From Malacoraja senta (lineage: Eukaryota), in the NCBI GenBank assembly GCA_038087875.1, contig CM075997.1, positions 5,768,001 through 5,832,000 of the forward strand: a stretch of DNA of 64,000 bases, written 5' to 3'. The notes below the pieces were generated by a model. That model made no database searches, was not told the DNA's origin, and saw nothing but the letters and a program-made list of their open reading frames with translations. Positions 24,172 to 38,370 of the stretch are shown piece after piece; position 1 is the stretch's first letter, and every line of letters begins with the position of its first letter. The position numbers and the translations under genes are program-made.

Positions 24172-24924
24172 GTAAGAAAACAATATTTTGGAATAGGAAG
24201 GATTAATGGGTGAAATTGCGTGGTTTCGGAAGTAATGTAAAGAAACAACAGGCAACATGGCTTACACCCCTCAATTTCATTTCCAGAATACTGATTTCAA
24301 CTCTAATATTTACCCATGTGTGAAGTAATTGATAGTGCACTACCTTATTATTCGAGACCTCCATTTATAGTAATGGGCACAATTAATGTAAATGCAAATT
24401 AAATTATCCATCATGCACTGCTACTTTAAATAAGTCCTCCATGTACCCACTTGGGTGTCAGTTTACCCAGAGATGCAAGTCAGACATAAGGGCTAGTGTG
24501 GTGTATCAGGAAGAAAATAGCTGGCACTATGTTTGCAGTGCGATTGTACAATAAATACATTTAATTTACTTTCAACTATTTATTTTCATCGTGTAATTCG
24601 GTACTGATTATATTTGAACAAAGGAAGAGAGAAGTTGGGTGAACTGGTGAGAGTGGAAAAGGAACACAGGGGTAGTGGGTTACTTGAAATTAGAAAATCC
24701 AATTTTCATCTGAACATTGCAGTGAAATTGGATGCACAATGTGGTCCAACCCATCATCTATCAAGCTACCAAGAGACATGATGGTGGCTTCACATAGAGT
24801 TTATATGTTGTTAGATAAACAAATCAATTTCTTGGAAATTCGGTGGAAGCCCCAAAAGGCACAAATCCGCAAGCAGAGTTGTATCATGATGTAATTGTTG
24901 GTTGTACTTTGTGTTATATTTTAG

Positions 24925-25060
24925 GGCATGATTCAACTGGTGTTGGATTCCATTGACAGAATGAACATGTATAACAGCGCAGCTCATTTCTCAGAATTTG
25001 CGGGAGAAGAAGCAGCTGAATCTTGGAAAGAAATTGTTAACCTTCTTTATGAACTGTTAG
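24925..25060 (+). CDS. RYR1: RYR1 exon (human exon 14 equivalent)
   Basis: [45 protein letters not shown], 136 nt. Confidence 0.96.
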
Positions 25061-25952
25061 GTAATGAACATAAAAACAATACTGTGATGGAAAAGATTTA
25101 ATTTTTCAGGCTCCATCATGACAGTTAGGAACAATAGTCTTATAGTTAAGTTACTGAACTAGCAACCAGTGATCTCAAAGGCATTCTGAGTCCTACTGAA
25201 AAGCTCGGGTAACATATTCAGCTATTTGAACAAATCTGGAACTAAAGCTAGCTCTGGTAACGATAAACATAAAATATCTAGATTATCAATAACCAATAAG
25301 CACGAGGGAAGGAAATGCAACTTCCTTATCTGATCCAGCCTAGTTGTGATTCCATGCCCACCATGTGATTGACTCTTAACTGTTTCCTTAGTTCAGAGAC
25401 AATTAGGGATGGGTAGTTAATGCCAGTGATGTCCACATCCTCTGAACAATTTTGTTTAAAAAAAAAAATCACAGAATGTATAGTGATGAACATTGGCATT
25501 TGGTAGAAATATCTGATATAACTGTATTTCCTTTTTTGTTATTTGTCTCTTAATATATTGTAGAACCTATTTGTATTTGATAGACAACAAAAAGGATTTC
25601 AATAAATCCTGGTTTGTTTACGTTAATTTAGCTTGTTATCGTTGTTTATCCAATTTTCACTAAAGCAGATTATTGTATTATTTATCTCTGCTGTTTGAGG
25701 GAATATGCTGTGCACAAATTACCTTCCATTCTTTGTAATATTATAAAGCTCTATACATTTTAAAACTATACCTTGGTCATGATGTCTTTTGCAGTGTTCT
25801 GCGATCGTGCTATATAAATGCAAGCCTGTTCTCGGTCATTTTCATGAGATCCACTGCTCTTCCACCTCCCCCCCAAACAATTGCTTGTTCAATTATCCCT
25901 CCTTAAAATAATTTTTGCATTTCATTAATCATGTATTTTCCCTTTTTTATAG

Positions 25953-26048
25953 CTGCTCTTATCCGTGGAAATCGCAGAAATTGTGCTCTCTTTTCTGATA
26001 ACCTCGACTGGTTGGTCAGTAAACTGGATCGACTGGAAGCTTCTTCAG
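25953..26048 (+). CDS. RYR1: RYR1 exon (human exon 15 equivalent)
   Basis: (A)[31 protein letters not shown], 96 nt. Confidence 0.96.
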
Positions 26049-26451
26049 GTACCTTACTGCAATAATTGTTATACTGGAGGCTCACCTTAGCCAATACTTG
26101 TCAGCAAAGCATGTTTTGGTTTTGCTATTGTACAATGTTTGTGACAACTATAGACAATAGACAATAGGTGCAGGAGTAGGCCATTACCTATTGTCTATTT
26201 CAGCAACAAATTTCGAAGTTGCTTCTACTATATTGGCAAACCTCTTCATAGTGTTTCTTCATCAGCATCTGTGCTGGAATGATACTAGCTCTAATTCTTC
26301 ATGTTGTTGTTAAGCTTTCACAATTTGATTCTACATCCACATTAAATCTTGCTGTCAAACAGAGGTCTCTGTACACCAATTAAGGGAATATTTTTGTAAA
26401 TCTCTGATTCACTTCAGTAGTTTGACAGCTTAATACAAGAACAGAGTTTAA

Positions 26452-26672
26452 CAACTGTGTAGGATGGAACAGCATATGTTGGTTTACACCGAAGACAGGC
26501 ACAAAATGCTGGAGTAACTCAACAGGACAGACAGCATCTCTGGAGAGAAGGAATGGGTGACGTTTCGGGTCGAGACCCTTTCTTCAGAGTCTCCACCTGA
26601 AAAATCACCCATTTCTTCTCTCCAGAGATGCTGCCTGTCCCGCTGAGTTACTCCAGCATTTTGTGTCTATCT
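26452..26672. mobile_element. PLE-derived fold-back mini-element with 11-bp TSD
   Basis: TSD ACAGAGTTTAA at 26441-26451 and 26673-26683; inverted arms; minus-strand hammerhead-like core at ~26558-26587. Confidence 0.85.
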
Positions 26673-26815
26673 ACAGAGTTTAAGACAATGAGTGTTTACA
26701 GTTTTTAAATTCATAATCAAAGGTCTATCATTTAGAATTCATTGACAACATCCCACTTAAATTTGGATGTAAAGTGTGAGAATAGATGGTCAACCTCTTG
26801 TGTATAAAGACAGTT

Positions 26816-27648
26816 ATACAATACAATACAATACAATACAATACCGTTTATTGTCATTTGAACCTCAAATGAAGTTCAAACGAAATTTAGTTTCTGCAGT
26901 CATACAAACAAGTAAAAAGAACCAAGACACAACACAATTTACACAAACATCCATCACAGTGAATCTCCTCCTCACTGTGATGGAAGGCAAAGTCTTATCT
27001 CTCCCCTGCACTCCCCATTCTCCTCCCGATGTCAAAGTCAAAGCCCCCGGCGGGCGATGGTAAATATGTCCCGCGGCCATTAAAGCTGCGCCGGGCGATG
27101 CAAGGCCACGCTCCGGGTCTTGATGTTGGAGCCCCCGGTAGCACTAGCAAGTCCAGCGGCCATTTAAAGCCGCGCCGGGCGATGTAAGACCCCGCTCCAG
27201 GTCATCTTCAACCCCACAACTCGGGCGGGAGAAGTCGCCGTTGCGGGAGCCCCGAAAAGCGGGCTCCCACCAGGGACCCGCGGGCTCCCGGTGTCACCGT
27301 CCACCAGGCCGGCGGCTGCAGCCTCCGAATCTCCGGGGTCGGGTCGCAGCCGCACGCCACCACAGCTCCTCCCGTTCCGAACTCGGCCAGCTCCGCGATG
27401 GTGAGTAAGTCCGCCGGCTCCACGACTGGAGCCCCAGGTCGTTCCGGTTGGAGGCCGCTCCATGGTGCTAGGCCCCAACGATAACGGAGACCCGACTGAG
27501 AAAGGTCTGGTCTCCCGTGCAGGGAAAAGATTTTAAAAGTTTCCCCCACCCTACACCCCCCGCCCCCCACACATACACAGTTAAAAAAACACTATAAACA
27601 AAACTCAAACGAAACAAAAAAAATAAAAAAGACAGACGGACTGCAGAG
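26816..27648 (-). mobile_element. Non-coding GC-rich retroposon with (TATTG)n tail
   Basis: (ATACA)n tail, 3' end homologous to 42900-43025 (opposite strand), internal duplicated GCGGCCATT(T)AAAGC.GCGCCGGGCGATG; no credible ORF. Confidence 0.55.
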
Positions 27649-27843
27649 ATTTGAAGACTGGTCTTCTGCTGCTCAGATGCCTCTTTGTTTCAAAAGTCTT
27701 TCTAAACTCTTGCATCATTTAACCTTGCTCACTTTCAAGAAATTCCTTAAAGTATACTTTGTTGATTCAGCAGTCAGTCATCTTTCTTAAAAGCGTATTT
27801 GTTTTGTTGCCAGTGTTTTCCTCATGGCACCATGAAAGTATAA

Positions 27844-28014
<171 letters not shown>

Positions 28015-28482
28015 TAATTTAGGAGTCTGTCTCAGCTGTTAAATGAAGTGGATAGAGTTAGTTTGGGGAAAGGAGGCTGATATAGCAAGATCACAGATGC
28101 ATTGGCAGTAGAATGTTTCCCATTTATAACTGTTGCAAGTTACAACCTACTTTTAACTCCTTACCCAAACCCTCCACCCACATATTAAAATTCTAAAACA
28201 CTTTTACTAGTTGCCAGTCACCTGACCAGATTGCTCCAGATTGGAGCACCCCTCGTCTGTTCATTTCCCTCCATAGATGTTGCCCGACCCACTGAGTTCT
28301 TCCTTGTTTTTTTGCTCAACATTCTAACATCTACAATCTTTTGTCACCATTCCCTCTTCTCTTCCACCCATTGAATCTGTTTCTTTTCTAAGGTTAATTG
28401 CTCCATGACATCCATTTCGCACTCCCCTGACCAATTTGAATAATTGACCACCTAACCTCTCTTCGTAAATACAATAACACTT

Positions 28483-29513
28483 ATAACCATATAACCATTA
28501 CAGCACGGAAACAGGCCATCTCGGCCCTTCAAGTCCGTGCCGAACATTTTTTTTAAATTTTTTTATTTTTATTTATTTTTTATTTTTAAATAAATACTTC
28601 CCCCTAGTCCCATCTACCTGCACTCAGACCATATCCCTCCATTCCTTTCCCGTCCATATACCCATCCAATCTATTTTTAAAGGATAAAATCGAACCAGCC
28701 TCCACCACTTCCACTGGAAGCTCATTCCACACAGCTACCACTCTCTGAGTAAAGAAGTTCCCCCTAATGTTACCCCTAAACTTCTGTCCCTTAATTCTCA
28801 AGTCATGTCCCCTTGTTTGAATCTTCCCTACTCTCAATGGAAAAAGCTTATCCACGTCAACTCTGTCTAACCCGCTCATAATTTTAAAGACCTCTATCAA
28901 GTCCCCTCTTAACCTTCTGCGCTCCAAAGAATAAAGACCTAATTTGTTCAACCTTTCTCTGTAACTTAGTTGCTGAAACCCAGGCAACATTCTAGTAAAT
29001 CTCCTCTGTACTCTCTCTATTTTGTTGACATCCTTCCTATAATTAGGCGACCAAAATTGTACTCCATACTCCAGAATTGGCCTCACCAATGCCTTGTATA
29101 ATTTTAACATTACATCCCAACTTCTATATTCAATGCTCTGATTTATAAAGGCCAGCACCCCAAAAGCTTTCTTTACCACCCTATCTACATGAGATTCCAC
29201 CTTCAGGGAACTATGCACAGTTATTCCTAGATCCCTCTGTTCAACTGCATTCCTCAATTCTCTACCATTTACCATGTACGTCCTATTTTGATTTGTCCTG
29301 CCGAGATGTAGTACCTCACATTTATCAGCATTAAACTCCATCTGCCATCTTTCAGCCCACTCTTCCAAATGGCCTAAATCTCTCTGTGGACTTTGAAAAT
29401 CTACTTCATTATCCACCACACCACCTATCTTAGTATCATCTGCATACTTACTAATCCAATTTTCCACACCATCATCCAGATCATTGATGTACATGACAAA
29501 CAACAGTGGACCC
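28483..29513 (-). mobile_element. Young 5'-truncated CR1 with uninterrupted RT C-terminal ORF
   Basis: ~300 codons without stops (LGPLLFVMYINDLDDG..SKYADDTK..WNELP); 7-bp TSD AACACTT at 28476-28482 and 29514-29520. Confidence 0.93.
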
Positions 29514-30614
29514 AACACTTCTCCTTTCTTAGATACTGACTCACTTTCCTTCATTTCCTCAGAAAACCAATCTTGGTCCCTCCAGCCCCGCATGCTGAGC
29601 CTCTTCTTCCTGTTGCGTCAAATCACTCTTTCCTCTTCAAAATATTTGGGCATAATCACTTTGCAAGTCAAGTTTTAACCTTGACCCTGTATTCAAAAGT
29701 TTGTCATAAGGTCTTCCATACTTGACAAAGACAACTATCTCTTCTTCCTTATTGTCCTATAAGTCTGAATTAAAAAAAACGTCTCTTCCCATTCCACCAC
29801 TGTTGCTTCGGATCCGTCCCCCAAATTCTGTTTTACCCCTTCTGTTGATCAGCACCATCTACAATTTTCCATATGACTGCTAATACACCTTGTTCTCCCT
29901 CTCCACAATCTTTCTAATAATTCCCTTGATAATTCTAATTGTTCAGACTGCTTGGCTGATCTTGAATAATTAATGAGAGGTAATTTACTCCAATGAAATG
30001 TTGAAAGACAGATGGAATTATGTTCTGAATCCACTGAACAGTTTGCGAGCCAGGAATGAATCCAATGAATGTTCACTGTACCCACTCGAAGGTAGCGACA
30101 TTGTTTGACTGGTGGCCAGTAGAGCGCTAATGGATGGGTAAAGCTTGGGTGCAAGTTGGAACATGAAGAGTGAAGTATGTGTTGAGTTTATTTGTGGATG
30201 ATAGACTGAGAAGACATCCTCAGGCTTCTTCTTTACCATGTTCAGGCCGATAGTTAACAAAGATGTGAGTTATTATTTCAGCCGTAGATGAACTAGGACT
30301 AATGTAGTTTGAGACAATATTTTTAAAAGGGAAAGAACAGTCTTATTGGTTCTATGGATATATAGCCGAGAGCTTATTTTCAGTTCATATATCCTGCCAG
30401 GATTTCCATCAGCCCAGATCGGTCTCATACTGTTACTAGGAAGAATGCTAAAGTAATTGGTTGGGAAATAAACTTTTTGATGGGTACTGAATATAATTAT
30501 ATCTGTTCTGACATTGAAACCAGTTTTAAAATTATTTTTTGATCCATAAATTTATGCCACAGCCATTTAAAAAGTACCAAACAAAAGTCAAGTTGTATTG
30601 TTCTCATTTTATAG

Positions 30615-30797
<183 letters not shown>

Positions 30798-31217
30798 TGA
30801 CTTCAAACTTAATACATTCATTACAACTGTGAGCTCAGAATTAGAGGCAAGTGAATGCACTCTCATTCTCTGCTGATGCTACATTCTCTTTCATTATTGG
30901 AGTGGGAATCTGTCAGGTTTCTTGCCCATTGAGAAAAGAAAATGTAATGCTCTCTGGGGCAGGGCATCCTCATTGTCCTGGTTCCTTGCATGGTACTGTT
31001 GCCAGAAATGCCATCAGAAACTTCCCAACAAGACGAATACAACTTGTGGAGACTTCTAGAAACAGTGGCAGATTGTGTAACAAGTCTAAATTGGAGGCAA
31101 GAAAGCTAATTGCAGAAATAATAAGTTCCCTTTAATAATCCCCTTTGCTTCATCATGTATGGGGTGGGTGGGGGGGGGAGGTTTGGGGGACACGAGTATG
31201 TGGGCTTCCATGATTTT

Positions 31218-31504
31218 AGCTTAGTTTAGAGATACAGCATGGAATCAGGTCCTTCAGCCCACTGGGTCCATGCCAACCAATGATCACCTGAACACTAGTT
31301 CTATCCTACACACTAGGGACAATTTACAGAAGCCAATTAACCAACAAACCTGCATTTCTTTGGAATGTGGGAGGAAACTAGAGCACCCAGAGGAAACCCA
31401 TGGTCACAGCGAGAACGTACAAACTCCTTATAGACAGCACCTATAGTCAGGATTGAACCCGGAACTCTGGCGCTGTAAGGCAGCAACTCTACCACTGTGA
31501 CACC
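31218..31504 (-). mobile_element. HE1-like V-SINE
   Basis: Reverse complement of the 20033 family, with tRNA B-box GGATTGAACCC. Confidence 0.8.
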
Positions 31505-31780
31505 AGATGTGTGAGGAGAGTATCATTGGAATGAATGCAAATCTGTTTCCATTTACTTTCTCTTTCTTTTCCAGTGATAAGTGTACATAATGGATTAATG
31601 TCTCAAAGTAGCAACTAAAATCAAAAGTAGCAATTTAACTCAAGCAGACATAAGAATTTTTTTTCCATAAAAATGTGTTGATTATATTTTTTTGTAAGCT
31701 CACTCATATAAAATCTAACTAAACAGATTAAAAAATAATAATTGTACTTAAATGCTGTCAACTTGCTCTTCTTATTTCAG

Positions 31781-32022
31781 CATGAGGCCAAATATTTTTG
31801 TGGGTACATACGAAGGTTCTACACAATATAAGAAGTGGTACTTTGAACTGATTGTGGACTATGTTGACCCATATGTAACACCACAATCTACTCATCTACG
31901 AGTAGGCTGGGCGTTAACAGAGGGTTACAGCCCTTATCCAGGAGGAGGTGAGGGCTGGGGGAGCAATGGAGTTGGAGACGACTTATATTCCTATGGTTTT
32001 GATGGACTTCACCTGTGGTCAG
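31781..32022 (+). CDS. RYR1: RYR1 exon (human exon 18 equivalent), SPRY1
   Basis: [26 protein letters not shown]...HLRVGWA...[19 protein letters not shown], 242 nt. Confidence 0.97.
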
Positions 32023-34749
32023 GTCAGATATTTTGTTCTTTCTATTGTTTTGTTATTTACTAATTTAAAACAACTCTCTGAGGCTGAATCTATTTTAGAA
32101 TGTGCAATGATGATACTGTTGACTTTTACAATGAACATGTATGTATTTACCTGGTTCTGGTGTTGAGGGAAGTCAAAGTATCACTTGACAGCCAGGTCTG
32201 TTCCAATCATTAAAGGTATCTTGATTTATACTGGGGGACATTGTTCACATTTTTCATTGAACAAAGGCAATTTGACACCTTTTATACATTTGCTAATATA
32301 CCAATCTTGACATAAATTGATTATGTGCATTGATCCAATAAAATTGGCTGGATACAGACCAATAATGATATAATTTTGTGCATATTAAACCAGTCAAGTT
32401 AGTAATTAGGCTTCCTGTGGCTGCAGTAGCATAGGAATGTGGTCAAATTCCACAATGCCTCTCATTCAGTTCACAGTTCTCCATTTTATAACACAGTTAC
32501 AGCAGACCTGGGTTACAGCAGACCTGATTTACGGAAAACTGACTTCATACAAATTCTTCCATAAATGTCAAAATATTTTTTCAAGATCAGCAAGTTAGTT
32601 ACAACAGTGTAAATATCTACGGGGTATACAGGGTAGCAGCTCATTTGTTAAAATTAAACCAGTCTTAAAAAAAGCTGTTTACATGTAACTTTCCATACTA
32701 TGGGCAACCCCTAATTTATGGAGGGATAACTACAAACTCCGCACCACGATTTTCCCTTGCGCAAAACTCTTATTTACTATTGAATAACGTTATAAGTGAA
32801 GGTATGTTACTGAAGATTGTTTTCTCCCTCAACAGTAATGATAATGCTGCAGCTACCTATCTTGTTGGGAGTGGGGGGGGTTAAAGATTGCCTTGTCAGT
32901 TTCCAAAAACAAATCTCTTAGGTGGCCATCAGCTGTAACAAGCGCCACGGCTTTAGCTATTGCACTTTTCTTTTTCCAGCATTCAACTGTAGCAAAATAT
33001 TATTCTTATAGTTACTTGCGATCTCCCAACATATTTGTTCTTCCAGTCCTGCTGGGGAAGTGGGGGTGGGGTGTATTCTAATGTGATAATTTCCTTCTTA
33101 TTTCTAAATTCCCCCCATGTAACCTCAGTCCGCCAAGAATTTCTTAAGTACTTTGTGATATTCTCCCTGATCAAACACGCTCCTACCCCTCCTCTCTTAC
33201 CTTTACCCTTATCATGCCTGCAACAGATGTGCCATGGAAAACTGAGCTACCAGTCCTGCACCTGTTGTATTTCTTAGGATTTTCGTATACCTTGCCTGCC
33301 AGATCCATTTAATGTCTTTCTTTTTGATCCTGATTATCGTCTTAAATATACTCCTACACGTCTTGTACTTACCGAGGGATCTGCTTGATCCTGACTGTCT
33401 AATGTATGGCTTCTACTTTTTGCTGACCAGTGGCTCTATATCTCATGTCATCCAGGGTCCCCTAAACTCCCAGCCTTGCTCTTCACCCTAATGAGAACAT
33501 GCCAACCCTGTACTCTTGCTACCTCATTTTTAAAAGCCTTGCCGGCAGTCCCCTTACATGTGATTGGACTCGCCTAATCGACCACTGCAAGTTCCCTCGT
33601 TAGTCCTCCAAATTTAACCTTGACCCAGTCAGTCCTATCTTGCTCCATAACTGCTTTAAAACTAATTATGGTGACTGTTCCCAAAGTGCTCCACCACTGA
33701 CACTTCAGTCGCCTGCCTTACCTCGTTCCCTAAGAGGTCAAAGAGAGAGAGAGAATCATAGAGAGTGATACAGCATGGAAACAGGCCCTTCGGCCCAACT
33801 TGCCCACACCGGCCAACATGTCCCAGCTGCACTGGTCCCATCTGCCCGCATTCGGTCCATATCCTTCCAAACCTGTCCTATCCATGTACCTGTCTAACTG
33901 TTTCTTAAATGTTGGGATAGCGTTGCACCTTCATAGTTTAGTTTAGAGGTACAGCATAGAAACAGACCCTTCGCCCCACTGAGTCCGAGCCGACCATCGA
34001 CCACCCATTTAACAAATTCCATCCCATCCAAGCCCTTTACACTAGTTGAGACCCAACAAATCTCTCATCAATACCATATTCTTCAGAAGGTTATCTGCAA
34101 TCACCCAGCTCATCCGATCCTCAAATGTCCCGTTGACTATTGGTGTAGCCTGTATAATACAGTCCCATCAAAGTGATCATTCCCTTCCTGTTTGTGAGTT
34201 CTACCATATAGCCTCGCTGAACGACATGATCCTCCAAAAATATTCTCTTTACGTGCTGTGATTATGTTTTCCATCATCAAAAAGGCCCCCCTCCTCTCTT
34301 ACATCTCTATCATATTTGTTGCATCTGCACCTGGAACATCTTGTGCCTGACATATTGAGTTTCTCATATTGAAATCAATGCAGTTTAAATGATTCATCTT
34401 TCCTCTCTCTTTGCTGAGCTCCTACCTAACCTATATGCTACTCTTGCTCTCATTAACTACAGTATTTTCCCTCAATTCCTCATCTGCCTCCTTGCTACTC
34501 TGGGACTTCCCTCTCTGCCAATCTGGTTTAACCCCCCTTCGATAGAATTAGCAATTTTTCCTTCCAGAATATTGGTTACCCTTCAATTCAAGTGCCACCT
34601 ATCCCTCATACAGATCACCTCTGCTCCAGAAGAGATTCCAATGATCCAAAAACTTGATTTCCTGCCCCCTATGTATTCATCTGATCTATCTTTCTATTCT
34701 TGCCCTCACTTCTCAATAATGAAATCCTTATGTAAGCCAGGAACCCGGT

Positions 34750-35350
34750 AAAGGCAAGCTTTTGGCACACTTGTCTTTGGGAAGGGTATTGAGTATGAAA
34801 GTTGGGACATCATGATGTAGTCGTTGGTGAGACCCCACTTGGAGTACTGTGTCCAGTTCTGGTCGGCCAGCTATAGGAAGGATGTCATTAACTTGGAAAG
34901 GGGACAGAAGAGATTTACTCGGACGCTGCATGAGCTTGCGGGCTTGAAATTATATGGAGAGGTCGGATTGGCTGGGAACTAGTTCTTTGGAGCATTGGAG
35001 GCTGTTTTCTCCAAGTTATTGAAGTATAGCAGATTATAAGGCGCGTGGATAAAGTGAATGCTCCCAGTCTTTTTCTTAGGGTAGAGGATTCCAAAACTAA
35101 AGGGCATAGGGTTAAGATGAGAATTAAGAGGAACCTAAGGCAACATTTTCACTCAGAGGGTAGACCAGGTCTGGAATTAGCTGCCATGGAAGCGGATGCA
35201 ATTACCGCTTTCAAAAGATGGACAGATATATGGATAGGAAAGGTTTGGAAGGCCCTGGGCGAAATGCAGCCAAACAAGCCTAGTCCAGTTGGCCAACCAG
35301 CTCCACATGGACAAGGTAAACGGACGGGCATGTATGACTCTGACTCTATA
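34750..35350 (+). mobile_element. Degenerate CR1 3' fragment
   Basis: GACCCCACTTGGAGTACTGTGTCCAGTTCTGG...TTTTCACTCAGAGGG. Confidence 0.75.
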
Positions 35351-35680
35351 ACAGCCTGTATGTGGCTATAGTCAGCTGCCCTGCCACATTCAACCCCTAA
35401 ACTGATGACGGCAGAGTATTGTGTTATTTACCGATGAATGTACATGGCGGGATGTGATTAGTTTGGGGACAAGGTATGTTTAAAATTTTTGCTGAAATAT
35501 GAAGATTCATAGACATGATTAATATTATTGGGAAGAAAATTAACTTTTGGCTTGGCTGTGTAATCAAATACATGTTTTAAAAATACAAAATAATATGCTT
35601 CTGTCCTGACCCTGTCATTCAATTTGTTTGAGGATAGGACCAGAGACTAGCAGCTCCTAACTTAGATTCCAGTCTAAGCT

Positions 35681-35882
35681 ACACAAAAATGCTGGAGAAA
35701 CTCAGCGGGTGCAGCAGCATCTATGGAGCGAAGGAAATAGGCAAGTTTCGGGCCGAAACCCTTCAGACGCAATAAAGGATATTTATTTCCTTCGCTCCAT
35801 AGATGCTGCTGCACCCGCTGAGTTTCTCCAGCATTTTTGTGTACCTTCGATTTTCCAGCATCTGCAGTTCCTTCTTTAACAC
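35681..35882. mobile_element. PLE-derived fold-back mini-element with 14-bp TSD
   Basis: TSD TTCCAGTCTAAGCT at 35667-35680 and 35883-35896; perfect inverted arms of ~58 bp. Confidence 0.92.
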
Positions 35883-36044
35883 TTCCAGTCTAAGCTGTTA
35901 GCCTGGACTAAAAAGGGAAATATCCACTAGAACATTTTTATATTTGTCATCTGTTGATCCCTGCAATAAAGGATATGTAGTTAAGAGCAGGGTCTAGATC
36001 AGTCCAGAGGTTCTGTTGCCCGTCCCTACTGACATTTAAAACGA

Positions 36045-36142
36045 TCAGTCTGAAGAAGGGTCTCGACCCGAAATGTCACCCATTCCTTCTCTCCAGAGAT
36101 GCTGCCTGTCCCGCTGAGTTACTTCCGCTTTTTTTGTCTATA
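36045..36142 (+). mobile_element. PLE-derived mini-element with hammerhead-like core
   Basis: CTGAAGAAGGGTCTCGACCCGAAATGTC at 36050-36077. Confidence 0.8.
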
Positions 36143-36149
36143 TTTGAAA

Positions 36150-37335
36150 CAATATGATATAATACGATAGAACTTTATTTATCCCAGGAGGGAAATTGAT
36201 CTGCCAACAGTCATAAAACACAAGATACATGAAACATGAAATTTAAGTGACGAGTGGAAAGGATTGGGGATGGGGATTGGGGGGGGGGGGGGAGGGGGGG
36301 ATGGGGGAGTAGGGGAGTCAGTCTATCCCACGACAGACGTGGGAGGAGTTGTACAGTTTGTCAGCCACAGGGAAGAAGGATCTCCTGTGGCATTCTGTAC
36401 AGCATCTTGGTGGAACCAGTCTGTTGCTGAAGGTACTCCCCAGTTTAACGTCATGGAGGGGGTAATTTGTATTGTCCAAGATGCTCCACAGTTTGAGGAT
36501 CATCCTCCCCTCCAAGATGAACTCCAGTGAATCCAACTCTGCCTCCAGGACGGAGCCAGCCTTCCTGATGAGTTTGTTAATCCTATTGGCGTCATGCGTC
36601 GCGTTCGCCCTGCTGCCCCAGCACACTACAGTGAAGAAAATAGCACTGGATACCGGTAGAACATCTGCAGCATCTTACAGCAGACGTTGGAGGAGTGGAG
36701 CCTTCTCAAACAGTACAGCCGGCTCTGTCCCTTCTTGTACAGGGCCTCAGTTTTCCTGGACCAGTCGAGTTTAATGTCCAGGTACACTCCAAGGTATTTG
36801 TACTCCTTGGTAAACTGCACATCCACACCATTGATGGAGACAGGGGACATGGGTGTTCCTCTCCTCCTAAGGTTCACCACTAACTCCTTAGTCTTGTCAG
36901 TGTTGAGCTGCAGGTGATTCAGTCCACACCACTCAACAAAGTTGTTGACTACACCTCTGTATTCAACTTCACTCCTCTCATTGATGCAGCCCATAATTGC
37001 AAGGTCATCTGAAAACTTCTGTAAGTGGCAAGAGTCCGGGTTATATCCAAGTCCGAGGTGTAGATGGTGAACAGGAAGGGACCTAGGACCGTCCCCTGTG
37101 AGGCCCCTGCGTTGCTCACGACTATGTCCGAGACACAGTTCTGTAGCCTGACATACTGTGGTCATCCAGTCAGATAGTTGGTGATCCAGGACACCAATGG
37201 AGCATCCACCCGCATCTTCGTCAGTTTGCTCCCTAGCAGTGCAGGCCAGATGGTGTTAAAAGCACTGGAGAAGTTAAAAAAAAACACAAGACTCTCACAG
37301 TGCTTCCCGCCTTATCCAGGTGAGCATATGAACGA
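36150..37335 (-). mobile_element. Rex1/Babar-like LINE, RT 3' fragment
   Basis: Minus ORFs CHLQKFSDD..NHLQLNTDKTKELVV..YKYLGV..KKGQSRLY and RINKLIRKAGSV..RRSFFP.A.KLYN. Confidence 0.85.
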
Positions 37336-37339
37336 TGGA

Positions 37340-38370
37340 GCAGGTGGATGATGAAAACATTGAAAAATACTGCAAGGAACATGTCATTCAGCCCATTATG
37401 TCTATGCACACCATCATGTGAAATTAAAGTAATTCCATCTGGCTGCACGTGATCCAAATCCTCTCATCAATGTCTGTTCATGTGCCTGTCTAAATGCCTC
37501 TTAAACACTGCTATAATATTAGTTCAGACCACATCCACTGACAGCTCATTATAGAAATCTTAACACTCTGTGTAAACAAAATAAGTTGCCTTGCAAATCT
37601 CCTTTAAACTTTCTCCTCTGACCATAAAGCTATGTTCTCTATTATTTGGCATTTTCAAATTGGGAAAAAGACTGCCAATCAACTTTGTCTATGGCCCTCA
37701 TAATTTTAAATACTTATAGCAGGACCACCCTCGACCTCTGATGCTCCAGCAAAAACAATTCAGGTTTGCTCAAACTTTCCTTTTAGCTTATGAACTGCCA
37801 TCCATGTAACATCATACATCCTCACCAAAGTCTTCAGACTCTTCCTTTGATGTAGTGTCCAGAATGGCACAGTACTCCAAATGTGGCCTAACCAACGTTT
37901 TATACAGCCACAACATGACTTTCCAACTTTTATACTTCGGTAACTCAACCAGTGAAGTAAGTGTGCTCTACGCCTTCCTTCTTCACTGCCTTGTGTACAT
38001 GTGTGATCAATTTCTGGGAGCTGTGGACTTGTGCCCTAAGATATCTCTTCACCATTGATCCTTTTTCTGTATATTTTCCTTTTACTCCCAAAATGTAGCA
38101 CTGCACACATCATGATAACATTTTATCTACTATTTTTCTATCCAAATGTCCAACTGATCTATATCCTTCTGTATTCTTTGACCAATATTCTTTGCTATTC
38201 ATAACTCCAGCAATTTTCATGTCATCTGCAAACCTGCTAATCAGACCATCTATGTTTTCATTCACTTCATTAATATTACAAGCAACAGAGGTCCCCGTGA
38301 TGGTTGTTGTGAGACGCTGCTGGTCACAGATAAAGTAATACCCTGCTACTACTATCCTCTGTCATCTAAG
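37340..38370 (-). mobile_element. Degenerate CR1 fragment
   Basis: CAGTACTCCAAATGTGGCCTAACC, GTCATCTGCAAAC (FADD) on the reverse strand. Confidence 0.75.

Noticed and set aside
28604..29593. 329-aa ORF as a functional or domesticated RT gene
   Set aside because: 5'-truncated CR1 lacking the N-terminal RT motifs; the first ~25 codons are read-through from flanking DNA beyond the TSD.
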